Positions 48,918 through 58,593 of a stretch of 64,000 nucleotides of DNA are shown piece after piece. The notes below the pieces were generated by a model. It saw only the letters and a list, made by a program, of their open reading frames with translations. It ran no database searches and had not been told where the DNA came from. The translations under genes were made by a program, and so were the position numbers. The DNA comes from Candidatus Latescibacterota bacterium (GTDB lineage: Bacteria > Latescibacterota > UBA2968 > UBA8231). The stretch's first letter is position 1; every line of letters starts with the position of its first letter. The stretch is taken from positions 160,001-224,000 of the forward strand of contig CBDCXV010000002.1 in the NCBI GenBank assembly GCA_965223905.1, given 5' to 3'.

Positions 48918-50126
48918 TTACCGATTTTTTGTGGAATATTTGGCAGGAGCGGTGAGTGTGCCCGAGAAGGCACGGTGCAAGATGCCGATGAACAGTGAAC
49001 TAATTCTGTCATGATTTGATCCCGTCAGATTCAGAATCTCCTTTGTCGCCTGTACCTGCATGGAGAATTCCTGCTGAAGTTCGAATGGCGGCACTGGAAT
49101 TTGGAGGGCCTTTAATCTGACGCCAGTCAAATGCGAGAAAGTCATTTTGGAGGCAGTGTCCCTTAATGCTCCGATATTTGCCAGTCGCCAGAGCAGAAAT
49201 ACGATATACTCAGGAGTCGCGGCATTTTGATAAGGACGCACCCTATGAAGAGCTTTCTGGAAGTAGCACTCCGGCAACTCATCGTTCCAGATCGCGCTGC
49301 GGCCCACTTCCCCGCCCTCACAAATTAGAATATCTCCCCTCCGAAGCCTGAACTCTTCACGGTCTGAGTCATTGAAGTCCATCTGGAGAACTTCCTGTAA
49401 ATCGATCCGATCCCAATAGACGTTTGCGTTTCGGAGGTAAGGGCGGGGATCCTTCCCAGTCTGCTGTTTCTGATCGAGCATTTTGCCGAGTCGAGATTCA
49501 CAAATCATGTCAAAACGTTTAATTGGCCAGCCCATCGGATTCGTTGCCGGGTCGCCGAACATCTTGATGAAAAGTGCAGGGAGGATGTGCCCGGCTTTGG
49601 CGTCGGCCTCCGCGCGGAGGCGACGGAGGCGGTAGGCTTGGTCGAGGATTTCAACGATGCGTCGTTGTTCGGAAAGCGGTGGAAGAGGGATTTCCATTTC
49701 CTTGATGTCGTTGTCGGAAACCGCCGGGTAATTCGCGCCTCTGACGCGTTCTGACAACACAGCGACAAAATCACGTGTGATCGTGAGATAAAACAAGAAG
49801 CGAGGTTCTACAACGGCATTATTTGCTCGTAGAACGCAAAAACCAGTTGAAGCAATTTGGCCATCGAGCTGGGCCGGAACCATAGCGACGGCGTTGAGGT
49901 TCGGACGTACCGTCGACACCAGGATGTCATCTTTTCGAATGTTTTTTCGTGCACGGCTCGGAGCATCAGCCCCTAACATGGTTTGATGTTCTGCAATTGT
50001 CTTATGGATACGGTCGATTCCGGCGATGTCAACGTAATTGAACTCGCCGGAAATCTCGCGTCGAGGATCGCATTGCTCAGTGGGTTCGCAGACGTCACTG
50101 ATAGTTGCGATGTCCCACCCCATCAC
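48918..50126 (-). CDS. hsdS: Type I R-M specificity subunit
   Basis: Two TRDs, IPLPPLSEQRRIVEILD, MFGDP, IPVPPFELQQEF; lower GC. Confidence 0.95.
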   Translation of the reverse strand: MMGWDIATISDVCEPTEQCDPRREISGEFNYVDIAGIDRIHKTIAEHQTMLGADAPSRARKNIRKDDILVSTVRPNLNAVAMVPAQLDGQIASTGFCVLRANNAVVEPRFLFYLTITRDFVAVLSERVRGANYPAVSDNDIKEMEIPLPPLSEQRRIVEILDQAYRLRRLRAEADAKAGHILPALFIKMFGDPATNPMGWPIKRFDMICESRLGKMLDQKQQTGKDPRPYLRNANVYWDRIDLQEVLQMDFNDSDREEFRLRRGDILICEGGEVGRSAIWNDELPECYFQKALHRVRPYQNAATPEYIVFLLWRLANIGALRDTASKMTFSHLTGVRLKALQIPVPPFELQQEFSMQVQATKEILNLTGSNHDRISSLFIGILHRAFSGTLTAPAKYSTKNR

Positions 50127-50521
50127 GCCCCCTCCATCTCTTCCAACTTCCCCCGTAACTGTTCAAGCAACGCCTCGACAAGCCCGAGCGCCGCTTTGCG
50201 ATAGATCGGCTCGGTACTCGCATCCACACCCCCATACCGGAACTCGACGGCATACGGCGTGTACACGGCCAGCTCTCGAAAAGCCGTCATGTCGACAGCC
50301 CGCGCGGCGAGCAGATCCACCAACCCCTCGATGTTGTGGGTAAGCGGGTAGGTCTCTCCGAGCAGTGCGAGCCAGGCCTTGAAGGATTTCTCGGCGGCCT
50401 GCTGCACGTGAAATCCGAAAACTTCGTCGGAGATTTCGTCCGAGCGGCACATGAATCGAAGTGCTTCGACATCGCGCTCGGCCGCATCGAGCAACATCCT
50501 GGCGCACTTAGGGTCGCTCAT
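50123..50521 (-). CDS. HEPN domain protein
   Basis: FHVQQAAEKSFKAWL..THNI..L, YAVEFRY. Confidence 0.88.
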   Translation of the reverse strand: MSDPKCARMLLDAAERDVEALRFMCRSDEISDEVFGFHVQQAAEKSFKAWLALLGETYPLTHNIEGLVDLLAARAVDMTAFRELAVYTPYAVEFRYGGVDASTEPIYRKAALGLVEALLEQLRGKLEEMEGA

Positions 50522-50843
50522 AAAGCACCCGCCCTTCCCGCAGTGCCCGCGCCAACACATGGTTGAGGGAGTCGCGCCAGTAGTCCACGTCATCTCGAGA
50601 GTAGACAAGGACGTCGGCTGCGACGGGAAAACCCGCCAGCGCGTGGTAGAGTCTGACCATCTCTTTGTGGCGGCTTCGTTCCGGACCGAACGGCTCGGCT
50701 TCCAAGACCACCAGATCGACGTCCGATTCCTCTCGCTCGTCGCCCCGGCCACGGGAGCCAAAGAGGATCACCTGCTCGGGATCGACCTCGTCGACGATGG
50801 CCTGAACCATCCGGTCGATGAGGGTGTCGGTGATCCGGGTCAT
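50508..50843 (-). CDS. Minimal nucleotidyltransferase (MNT)
   Basis: PEQVILFGSRGRGD....SDVDLVV...EGRVLYE. Confidence 0.92.
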   Translation of the reverse strand: MTRITDTLIDRMVQAIVDEVDPEQVILFGSRGRGDEREESDVDLVVLEAEPFGPERSRHKEMVRLYHALAGFPVAADVLVYSRDDVDYWRDSLNHVLARALREGRVLYERP

Positions 50844-52486
50844 TGCTCCACCTCTTCGAGCAGTTTCTCCAGCCCGGCGGTAATCTCCCGCTCGATCGCC
50901 AGCACCTCGCGGATCAGCTCCGCGGGATCCTCGTCCGGAACCGGCTCGGCAACGCGGGGCTTGTAGCGGGAGGCGGCGAGGTTGAAGTCGTTCTCGACGA
51001 GGGTCTCGAACGAGGCCCACCAGCAGCGGGGTTCGTCGCTGCCCGCGTCGAGCACGGCGCCGGCCTCCTCGCCGGGTGGTTTCTCGAAGCGCGATTCCTT
51101 GTAATCGTTCCAGGCCGACAGTAGCCCGGGGATGTCGTTCTCCCCCGGTGTCTCGGGACGGCCGCCTCCCTGGATCTTGTCGGGGTCGTAGCCGTCGTTG
51201 CGGATCTCGTAGAACCACACCTGCTTCGTCGCCGGACGGCCTTCTTCCGGCTCCGTTGCCGGGCGCCGCAGGACGAGCACGGAGGTCTTGACGCCGGCGT
51301 ACGGTTTGAACACGCCGGCCGGCAGCGATACCACCGCCTGCAGCTCGTACTCCCGCAGGAGCTTCTCGCGCAGCTCCTTGTGAGCTCTCGTCGAGCCGAA
51401 GAGCGCGCCCTCGGGCACGACCACGGCGCAACGTCCCCCCGGCGCCAGGGAGCGCAGCATCAGTGCGATGAACAACAGCTCGCTCTTTCTCGATTTTGTT
51501 GGCAGATCCTGGCGAATTGAGTCCCTGGGGATCTGGCCGGCAAAAGGCGGGTTCGAGAGGATCACCGCGTAGCGCCGGTTCAGGTCGTCCTCGGTGAGTC
51601 CGCTCATCTCGGAGAGTACGTTGGCGCGCTTGAGGCGGGCATGGCGGATCCCGTGGAGCACGAGATTCATGACGGAGATCCGCATCATCTGGCGCGATAC
51701 GTCGGTGCCGTACATCGATGCCTCGAGCCGGCTCCAGTCGGGAATCCTTTCCCCCGGTCCCTTCCGGTAGGTCTGGAGATTGGGGATCTCCTTCTTCGCC
51801 TCCTCGAGCGTCTGCCCCCGCTTCTCGAGCCAGTCCTCGCCGTAGACCGGCACTTCCTGAATCTCCTCGCTGTAGCGGGCGAGGATGTGATCGACGACGT
51901 CGATCAGGAAACCGGCCGTGCCGCAGGCCGGGTCGTACACGGTGTCGCCCAGGTCGGGACCGGTCATCTCGACCATGAAGGCGCGGATCTGGCGCGGGGT
52001 GCGGAACTGGCCGTTCAGCGCCGACTGTCCGAGATGGGTGAGCAGGTATTCGAAGATGTCGCCCTTGATGTCGGGCCCGAGCTTGCGGAAGTCGATGGAG
52101 TCGAACATGTCGATCACCTGCTTGAGCACGTTCGGATCGACGATCTCGAGCACGGCGTCGCGAAAGTACTCTGCCACCTGCGGATCGTCCTTGACCAGCG
52201 ACGCCATGTACGGGAAGACCTCGTCGCGGACGAAGTTGCGCAGATCCTCTCCGCTCTTGAAGCGCCACTTGGACCAGCGGAAGCGCTCGGCCTGCGCGGG
52301 GAAGAGGAGGGCGCGGTTCCCGGCGCCGAGCCGGCCTTGGAGCTCGCGGGTGGTTTCCTCCTCGTCGAGGAGTTTCAGGTAGATGAGGTAGGAGATCTGC
52401 TCGATGTAGGTGACGGGATTGGTCACGCCACCGGCCCACAGGATGTCGGTGATCTGGTCGAGTTGGCGCCGCAGTGTCTGGTCCAT
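50840..52486 (-). CDS. hsdM: Type I R-M N6-adenine methyltransferase
   Basis: IEQISYL, GQFRTPR, DPACGTAGFL, NPPF, LP.GVFKPYAGVKT. Confidence 0.96.
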   Translation of the reverse strand: MDQTLRRQLDQITDILWAGGVTNPVTYIEQISYLIYLKLLDEEETTRELQGRLGAGNRALLFPAQAERFRWSKWRFKSGEDLRNFVRDEVFPYMASLVKDDPQVAEYFRDAVLEIVDPNVLKQVIDMFDSIDFRKLGPDIKGDIFEYLLTHLGQSALNGQFRTPRQIRAFMVEMTGPDLGDTVYDPACGTAGFLIDVVDHILARYSEEIQEVPVYGEDWLEKRGQTLEEAKKEIPNLQTYRKGPGERIPDWSRLEASMYGTDVSRQMMRISVMNLVLHGIRHARLKRANVLSEMSGLTEDDLNRRYAVILSNPPFAGQIPRDSIRQDLPTKSRKSELLFIALMLRSLAPGGRCAVVVPEGALFGSTRAHKELREKLLREYELQAVVSLPAGVFKPYAGVKTSVLVLRRPATEPEEGRPATKQVWFYEIRNDGYDPDKIQGGGRPETPGENDIPGLLSAWNDYKESRFEKPPGEEAGAVLDAGSDEPRCWWASFETLVENDFNLAASRYKPRVAEPVPDEDPAELIREVLAIEREITAGLEKLLEEVEQ

Positions 52487-52496
52487 CCCGTTCCTT

Positions 52497-55218
52497 TCAG
52501 CTCGCAGTCCTGAAAACGTCCTCGTCCAGCTGTCTCAACAACCTGCCTGAGCCCCTCCTCACCGAACAGCTCTACCCCCCTGCCGGCGGCGTCGAGAATC
52601 GACAGCGGCGGCTCGAACAGGTCGTTCAGGCGCACCCGGCCGGTGGCGATTCCCCGGTTTTTGAGCAGGCAGAGGTACTCCGCTTGCTGCGGGGTGAGGG
52701 CGCGCACTACGAGCCAGGCCCGGAAGGCCTCTTCCAGCTTCTCCTCGCGGCTCTTGATGCGCAGCCGCCCGAGCGCGGCGCGGATGAAGTCGACGAAGTT
52801 GCCTCCCGGGTCGCGGTAGGCGCGGCGCAGGTTCTCCTGGTTGAAGTAGTGCTCGGGCTGGTTGAGGCGGCGGGCAAGCTCCTCCTCTTCGGTCCGGCTC
52901 GAGATGCTCTTCGTCGCGCACCTTGCGGAGGAGCGGATCGTCGGCCGCCCGGGAGCGAATCGTCTCCACCCAGCGGGTTACGTACTCCTCCTTGTCGACG
53001 CGTTCTCCCTCGGGGCCGACCTCGACGTAGGTGACCGCCTCCAACCACTCGTCCTCCAGCCCGAGCTCGACGAGATCCCGCGTCTCCGGCCCTGTCCTGG
53101 GGCCGCTCGGGGCATGTCCTCCCGAAGTGCCGGTGAACACGTCGGTATCGCTGTCATTGAAGTACTGGTGGTTCCTGAAGAAGTCGTAGATGACAAATTT
53201 CCGCTTGTCGATATGCGGCGCAGTGCGCGTGCCCCGGCCTCGCATCTGCTGGTAGAGAATGGGGCTTCGCACCCGCCGGCAGAGCACGAGGTGGAGGATC
53301 TCGCGGCAGTCGAAGCCGGTGTCGAGCATTCCAACGCTCACCGCGACCATGGGCAAGGTTTCGGTCTTGAACCGGCGAATCAGGGTGTCCGGGTCGGCCA
53401 CGTCGGAGGTGATGACCTCGGCGTAGCGGCCCTTGTATTCGGGTGCAGCTCGTTCAAATACTGTGCCAGTCTCGCCGCGTGGTGCTTGGTGATGGCGAAG
53501 ACGATCGCCTTGCCCGGGCCCGGGTCCTGCCCGGGTGCCAGTTCCGCATAGCTCTCCCAGGCAAGCCGGTCGAACTCCTCCATCATCAGGCGGTTGGTCT
53601 CTTCGTTGGTCCAGCGCCGTTCGAACTCGACTGGGTCGTAGTGCTCGTCGTCGAGATCGGCCCCCTCGGCGAGGATCTCGGTGATGCCCGTGGCGAAGCG
53701 GTAGGGCACGAGGTATTCCTCGTTGAAGGCATCCTTTATTGAATAGGAGACGTCCGGTTTGCCCGGCTCGCACTGGTAGAAGTCGTAGGTGTTGCGCTCG
53801 ATGAAGCTTGCCGGCGTGGCCGTGAGTCCGATATGGAGGGCGTCGAATCGCGTGAGCGCTCCCTGCCAGGCGCCGTAGATGGAGCGGTGGCATTCGTCGG
53901 CGATGACGATGTCGAAGTAGCCGGCGGTATACTCGTCGACGCGGCCGATCATGGTCTGCAGCAGGGTAACGGTGATCTGCTGCTCCTGGCGCGCCATGCC
54001 GGGCCGCAGCCAGTAGCTCGAATACGCTCCCAAGACGTCCTGGATGGCTTCCAGGGCCTGCTTGGCGAGCTGGTCGCGGTCCGCCAGGAAGAGAATTCGC
54101 TCGGCCCAGCCTGCCTGCAGGAGTCGCTTCAGGTAGAGGCAGATGAGGTCGGTCTTGCCGGTACCGGTCGGCAGCTCGATCAGGAAGCGCCGCCTGCCGA
54201 GCTCCAGCGCGTGGTCGAGCGCCTGCATCGCGTCGGCCTGGTAGGGCCGCACCGTGCGCGTCTCCCCCTGGCGGATGTAGTGCTCCGGGATTTCGACGGT
54301 GGCGAGCGGCCTGCGCGTCTCCCGCGCCTCCACCATGCGCTCGAGGTCCCGCTGCGAGAAGAAGCCGGCGATGGGGCGGGCGTCGTCGTTCTGGTAGTCC
54401 CAGAAGTAGGTCAGCTCACCGTTGGTGAGGAAGATGAAGGGCGCTTCGAGCGCCTTGGCGTAGGGCAGGGCCTGTTGCTTCGCCACGTAGGGGTTGATGG
54501 CGTTCCTCTTGGCCTCGATGACGGCGAGCGGGCGGCCGCGCTGGTCGTAGAGGACGTAGTCGGCGCGGCCGGTTGAAGACTCGTCATCCGCGGCTTCGAG
54601 CTGGCAGACGAACTCGCCGATGACGCGGAGGTCCCCTTCTGCGCCTGGGTCGAAGACGAGGTCCTCGTAAGCCGGATCCGGATTGAGCGGCTGCAGCCGG
54701 ATTTCGCGATGGCTCCAGCTGTCCCCATCCGGTTCAGCTTCTTTCGTACTGCTGTATTTCTTGACGGAGAACTCGCCTCCGAGCGCCGGATCGGTGCAGC
54801 CGCGGTGCCAGACGAGGACGAGCTTTCCCTCCCTGGTCCCGCCGCGGTCCGTCCGAAACAGACAGTAGGAACCGTCGGGGATGGCCGGCTCCATAGAGTG
54901 CCCTTCGATGCGGGCAACGAAGTGGTCGCGGGTGAGCCGGACGCGGCCCGGCACCGCCATCCAGCCGATTTCGTCATGCTCGGTTCCGACGGTCTGGTCC
55001 GGGCTGAATTTTCCTGCCGCGGCAACGAGACCGTAGACCGGGGCGTGCGTTTCGAATGGCCTCGCTCCCACGCGGTCGACGATTCCGGCGCGACCGGGTG
55101 CGGAAGCCGCCTGGACCTCGGTACCGACCATCGACTGGTCGTCCGCGTCCCAGCCGGACTGCGCCAACAGTTCGTCGATAACTATGCGGGCGTCCGCCTC
55201 GTTTTCGCGCCGGTTCAT
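52497..55218 (-). CDS. hsdR: Type I restriction subunit (EcoEI-like) with inserted S24 peptidase; three apparent single-base frameshifts (~53445, ~52895, ~52533)
   Basis: GRADYVL..AVIEAKR, RPYQ, PTGTGKT, DECHRS, LTATP, MLDTGFD, QMRGRGTR. Confidence 0.9.
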
Positions 55219-55252
55219 CTTGTTCTTCCTCGTCCATGGGAAATTAGATGAA

Positions 55253-55268
55253 TGCAAAGCGCGTGCCA
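55253..55268 (-). promoter_or_regulatory. Sigma54 -24/-12 promoter upstream of hsdR
   Basis: Minus strand TGGCACG-CGCT-TTGCA, an exact match to TGGCACG-N4-TTGCW. Begins immediately after the activator stop and ends 34 nt before the hsdR ATG. Confidence 0.88.
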
Positions 55269-56777
55269 TCATTCGCCCACCCCGTAGCGTTTCATCCAGT
55301 TGGTGAGGGTCTGGTAGCTGGGCAGGCCGACGAGGTCGGCCGCCCTGGTCTTGTTGCCCTGCGCCTCGTCCAGGGCCCTCTCCAGGTAGTGGCGGGCCAC
55401 GGATGCCAGAATTCCGGGCAGGTCGAGACCGTCGCCGAGGGGCTTGCCAAGCACCGATCCCTTTTCGGTTTCGCCCGCGGGCAGGAGGGCGTCGCGAAGG
55501 TCCTCCGTCCTCAGCGTGGCTTCCGGGGTCCAGATCGCCGCGCGTCCCAGGGTGTTCTGCAGTTCGCGGACATTTCCGGGCCACGGGTGCGCGAGAAGAA
55601 GGTTTCTCGCTCCGGAAGAAAGTTCCTTCTCCACGAATCCCGGCTGCCCCCGCCCCTCCCGGTTCACGAGGGCGAGAATGTGATCGATCAGGATCGGGAG
55701 ATCGTCGCGCCGGTCCCGTAACGGGGGCAGTGGCAGCACCGCCACCGCCAGGCGGTGGAAGAGGTCTTCGCGAAAGGCGCCTGTCGACACTTCGGACAGG
55801 AGAGAGCGGTTGGTGGCGGCGATCATTCGCACGTCCACCTTGCGGCTGCGCGAGGTGCCGACCGGAAGCACCTCCCCCTCCTGGAGCGCGCGCAGCAGCT
55901 TCACCTGCGCGGGCTTGGGAAGCTCTCCCACCTCGTCGAGGAAGAGGGAGCCCCCGGATGCTTCCTCGAAATGGCCTTTGCGGTCCTTCACAGCCCCGGT
56001 GAAAGCCCCCTTTACGTGACCGAACAGCTCGGATTCGACGATCTCCGGAGGAATGGCGCCGCAGTTGACGGCCACGAAAGGCTTGTCGCGCCGCGGACTG
56101 GTGCGATGGATGGCGCGGGCGAGAAGCTCCTTGCCGGTACCTGTCTCCCCTTCGATCAGCACCGGCACGGAGCGCGGGGCGACCCGGCGCGCCCGCAGGA
56201 TCACGCGCTGCATGGCCTGGCTCCGGTGCAGGATCTCCTCGAATTCCGGCGCCTCCGGGGAGAGACCGGCGCTGAGGCGCTCGAGCTCCTCGTCCGGGCG
56301 GCGCAGCAGATCCGGAAGGAAGTCTGCTGAAATATCGAAGGGGACGGACACCGTGCTGACGCCGTGCTGCTTCGAGGACTCGATCAGCTCCGCGGGAAAG
56401 CGCGTCTTCGCGAGGATGATCCATACCGCGGCCATGGCCGGCGTGCCCGGGCTCAGGTGGAAAGTGAGCTCAGTGTCTCTGGGGCCGCCGGCCAAGGCCG
56501 TCTCGCAGGCGCGGACCGCGGCGACGTAGATCTCGCCGAATTGGGTAGGACCGGTGAGCTCTTCGTGGACCAGGTGAAGGGTGGGGCCTTCACATCGCTT
56601 TTCGAGCCACTGCCGGTAGGGGCGAACGGCGCCGGCCTCGTGGTCGAACAGCAGATAGGCGTCATCGAACTCGCGCTCCATCAGGGCCTGGGCAACCGGC
56701 CCGGCTCCGGTTGTCGGCTCCTCTTCGGGAGCGTCCAGGTCCGTATTTCCAATCCAGGTGATGAGGATTCTGCGCAT
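55269..56777 (-). CDS. RtcR-like sigma54 enhancer-binding protein (CARF-like N-domain, AAA+, Fis HTH)
   Basis: N-terminal '[10 protein letters not shown]...[12 protein letters not shown]'; [50 protein letters not shown]. Confidence 0.93.
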   Translation of the reverse strand: MRRILITWIGNTDLDAPEEEPTTGAGPVAQALMEREFDDAYLLFDHEAGAVRPYRQWLEKRCEGPTLHLVHEELTGPTQFGEIYVAAVRACETALAGGPRDTELTFHLSPGTPAMAAVWIILAKTRFPAELIESSKQHGVSTVSVPFDISADFLPDLLRRPDEELERLSAGLSPEAPEFEEILHRSQAMQRVILRARRVAPRSVPVLIEGETGTGKELLARAIHRTSPRRDKPFVAVNCGAIPPEIVESELFGHVKGAFTGAVKDRKGHFEEASGGSLFLDEVGELPKPAQVKLLRALQEGEVLPVGTSRSRKVDVRMIAATNRSLLSEVSTGAFREDLFHRLAVAVLPLPPLRDRRDDLPILIDHILALVNREGRGQPGFVEKELSSGARNLLLAHPWPGNVRELQNTLGRAAIWTPEATLRTEDLRDALLPAGETEKGSVLGKPLGDGLDLPGILASVARHYLERALDEAQGNKTRAADLVGLPSYQTLTNWMKRYGVGE

Positions 56778-56784
56778 GGGAACA

Positions 56785-56814
56785 ATGCTAACAAGAAAAA
56801 TTGTGATTCCGCAA
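56785..56814 (-). promoter_or_regulatory. Possible sigma70 promoter giving a leaderless activator mRNA
   Basis: TTGCGG-N18-TAGCAT with extended TG, 7 nt before ATG 56777; no SD. Confidence 0.4.
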
Positions 56815-57195
56815 GTTTGTTTATTCTTGATGTGGGGCGTGTGGCAGTAGGTAAGGTCTCTGACAGGGTTAGGCTACCAATTTGGCGAAATACACCGATT
56901 CTGGGCGGAGCACAGTCAGGTTCTACCCTGTAAGGGGAAAGAAGCCACTCACCACCTCGAAATGTCCGGATTGTCTTCCAATGGTGCTCGAGAAAGGGGG
57001 TGCGGAGGTTACAAGGACACGGAAATAGCCGTTATTTTGGCTCGAAATGGGCAATACATGGCTTTATAGCCGAAATATAAAATAATAATAGAAGAATTTA
57101 TCGCGATATAACTATTTATTTTTTGTTGAATCAAGGTATCTTTGATGGCAGGTCCCCAAACCTGGTGCCACAACCTGGAAAGGAGCCACCTCCTC

Positions 57196-58227
57196 ATGAA
57201 AATCGACCCCGAGAGCCTTCGATGCCTTCGCCAGAAAAAAAAGCTGTCACGCGCCCGGCTTGCCGAACGGTCTGGAATCGCGGTACGAACCATTCAGCGT
57301 CTGGAAAACGAACCGCAGCGATGTCAGAAATCGCGAGAGGACACGCTGAACCGGCTAGCCAAGGCACTCGATGTCGAAACGGATGTGCTTACCGGCCAGT
57401 CACCACTTCCCGAGTTTGATAAGCCCCCTGCCTCTGCCCCCAAGGGGGTCCAGATCGGCGCGCAGGTCGCTCCTTTGACCCGGCTCTTCTACGACCTCGT
57501 TAAGCGCCGATACGGCGTCAGCGTCACTGAGATCATCAACATGGCGCCGCTTTTCTTCGCGCTTCTGGCCGAGGGAAGTCTTGCTTGGAGGCGCATAAAA
57601 ATAGAGGAGGCAGAAGAAGCGAAAGGTCATTTGGAGGGGATCGAAGGGTTCTGGATTGGGAGCCTTGTATCTGCCTCAATAGTCATGGAAGAAGGGATTG
57701 GGGCGGAAATTGATTCCATCGAAAAAGCCGACCTTTTCGGAGAGCATCTCTTCAGGGTCGAATCTAGTTGGATGGATGATTTGTTCGACCCCTCCGCCAC
57801 CAACCCGTTCGCAAGCCATTTGCGTGGGTTGAAAGATGAACTCGCCAAACCCGGCGTCGTCGACGTGGGGGAGGGCGCTCTCGATTTCAGATCGTCGCTA
57901 AAATTCCCCGACTACGACATTTGCCGTGACGAACTCGACGACATGGCCAACGGTTCTTTCAACGCAAAGAAGGCTCTTGAAACTGGCTACGCGCGGCTCT
58001 CCGAAATTCCCGAGGAACTGATGGGAGAAGACGCCGGCGAGGAGCGCGCGAAATGGCTCGAAGACAGACTGCCGGATCAGTTTCAGAAAATCCTGAAGGA
58101 TGAGAAGGTTGGAGACGAGATCGTAGAAATCGTGGCAAAAGACCCAGAAGGCACTTGGAAAAGGGTCTTGGAAAAAGCGGGTGCCAATGAGGCGGATACC
58201 AGTAGTAAGGTGGGAGACAACCAATGA
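57196..58227 (+). CDS. XRE-family HTH protein with large unknown C-terminal domain
   Basis: LRCLRQKKKLSRARLAERSGIAVRTIQRLE..TLNRLAKALDV; aaggag upstream. Confidence 0.85.
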   Translation: MKIDPESLRCLRQKKKLSRARLAERSGIAVRTIQRLENEPQRCQKSREDTLNRLAKALDVETDVLTGQSPLPEFDKPPASAPKGVQIGAQVAPLTRLFYDLVKRRYGVSVTEIINMAPLFFALLAEGSLAWRRIKIEEAEEAKGHLEGIEGFWIGSLVSASIVMEEGIGAEIDSIEKADLFGEHLFRVESSWMDDLFDPSATNPFASHLRGLKDELAKPGVVDVGEGALDFRSSLKFPDYDICRDELDDMANGSFNAKKALETGYARLSEIPEELMGEDAGEERAKWLEDRLPDQFQKILKDEKVGDEIVEIVAKDPEGTWKRVLEKAGANEADTSSKVGDNQ

Positions 58228-58523
58228 GCATCGTCTATACACAACATGCCGAGACGCGCATGCAGCAGCGGAGCATTCGCGAAAAGGATATTCCACTCAT
58301 CCTCGCCTTGGGAACGCAAGTTGAGGACGAGACCTGGATTTTGCTCAGAAGAGATGTTGCGCGGGAAATCGAGATTCGCAAACGGGAGATCCAAAAGCTG
58401 AAACGGCTTGAAAACTGCAAGGTCGTCATGCTCGGCCGACACGTCATCACTGTCTATCCCTCACGGCCTGCGGATCAGAAACGAACACTACGCCGCGCCA
58501 GGCAGAACGGAATGGTGAAATGA
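58224..58523 (+). CDS. DUF4258-like small basic protein (putative RelE-fold toxin)
   Basis: YTQHAETRMQQRSI...VITVY; ATGA overlap with the XRE gene. Confidence 0.7.
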   Translation: MSIVYTQHAETRMQQRSIREKDIPLILALGTQVEDETWILLRRDVAREIEIRKREIQKLKRLENCKVVMLGRHVITVYPSRPADQKRTLRRARQNGMVK

Positions 58524-58593
58524 CAAAGCAAGTGGGCGTTGAAGTCGTTTCCGGAAGGCCGCCTCGAAGAATACCTGTGGCAAGCAGGGCATT

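Noticed and set aside
50508-52439. 643-aa ORF ending in an MNT domain
   Set aside because: It is an alternative frame over hsdM; only 50508-50843 is the real MNT.
53380-56424. 1014-aa ORF suggesting a long N-terminal extension of HsdR
   Set aside because: The first ~400 aa are an off-frame read of the activator gene; HsdR starts at 55218, after the sigma54 promoter.
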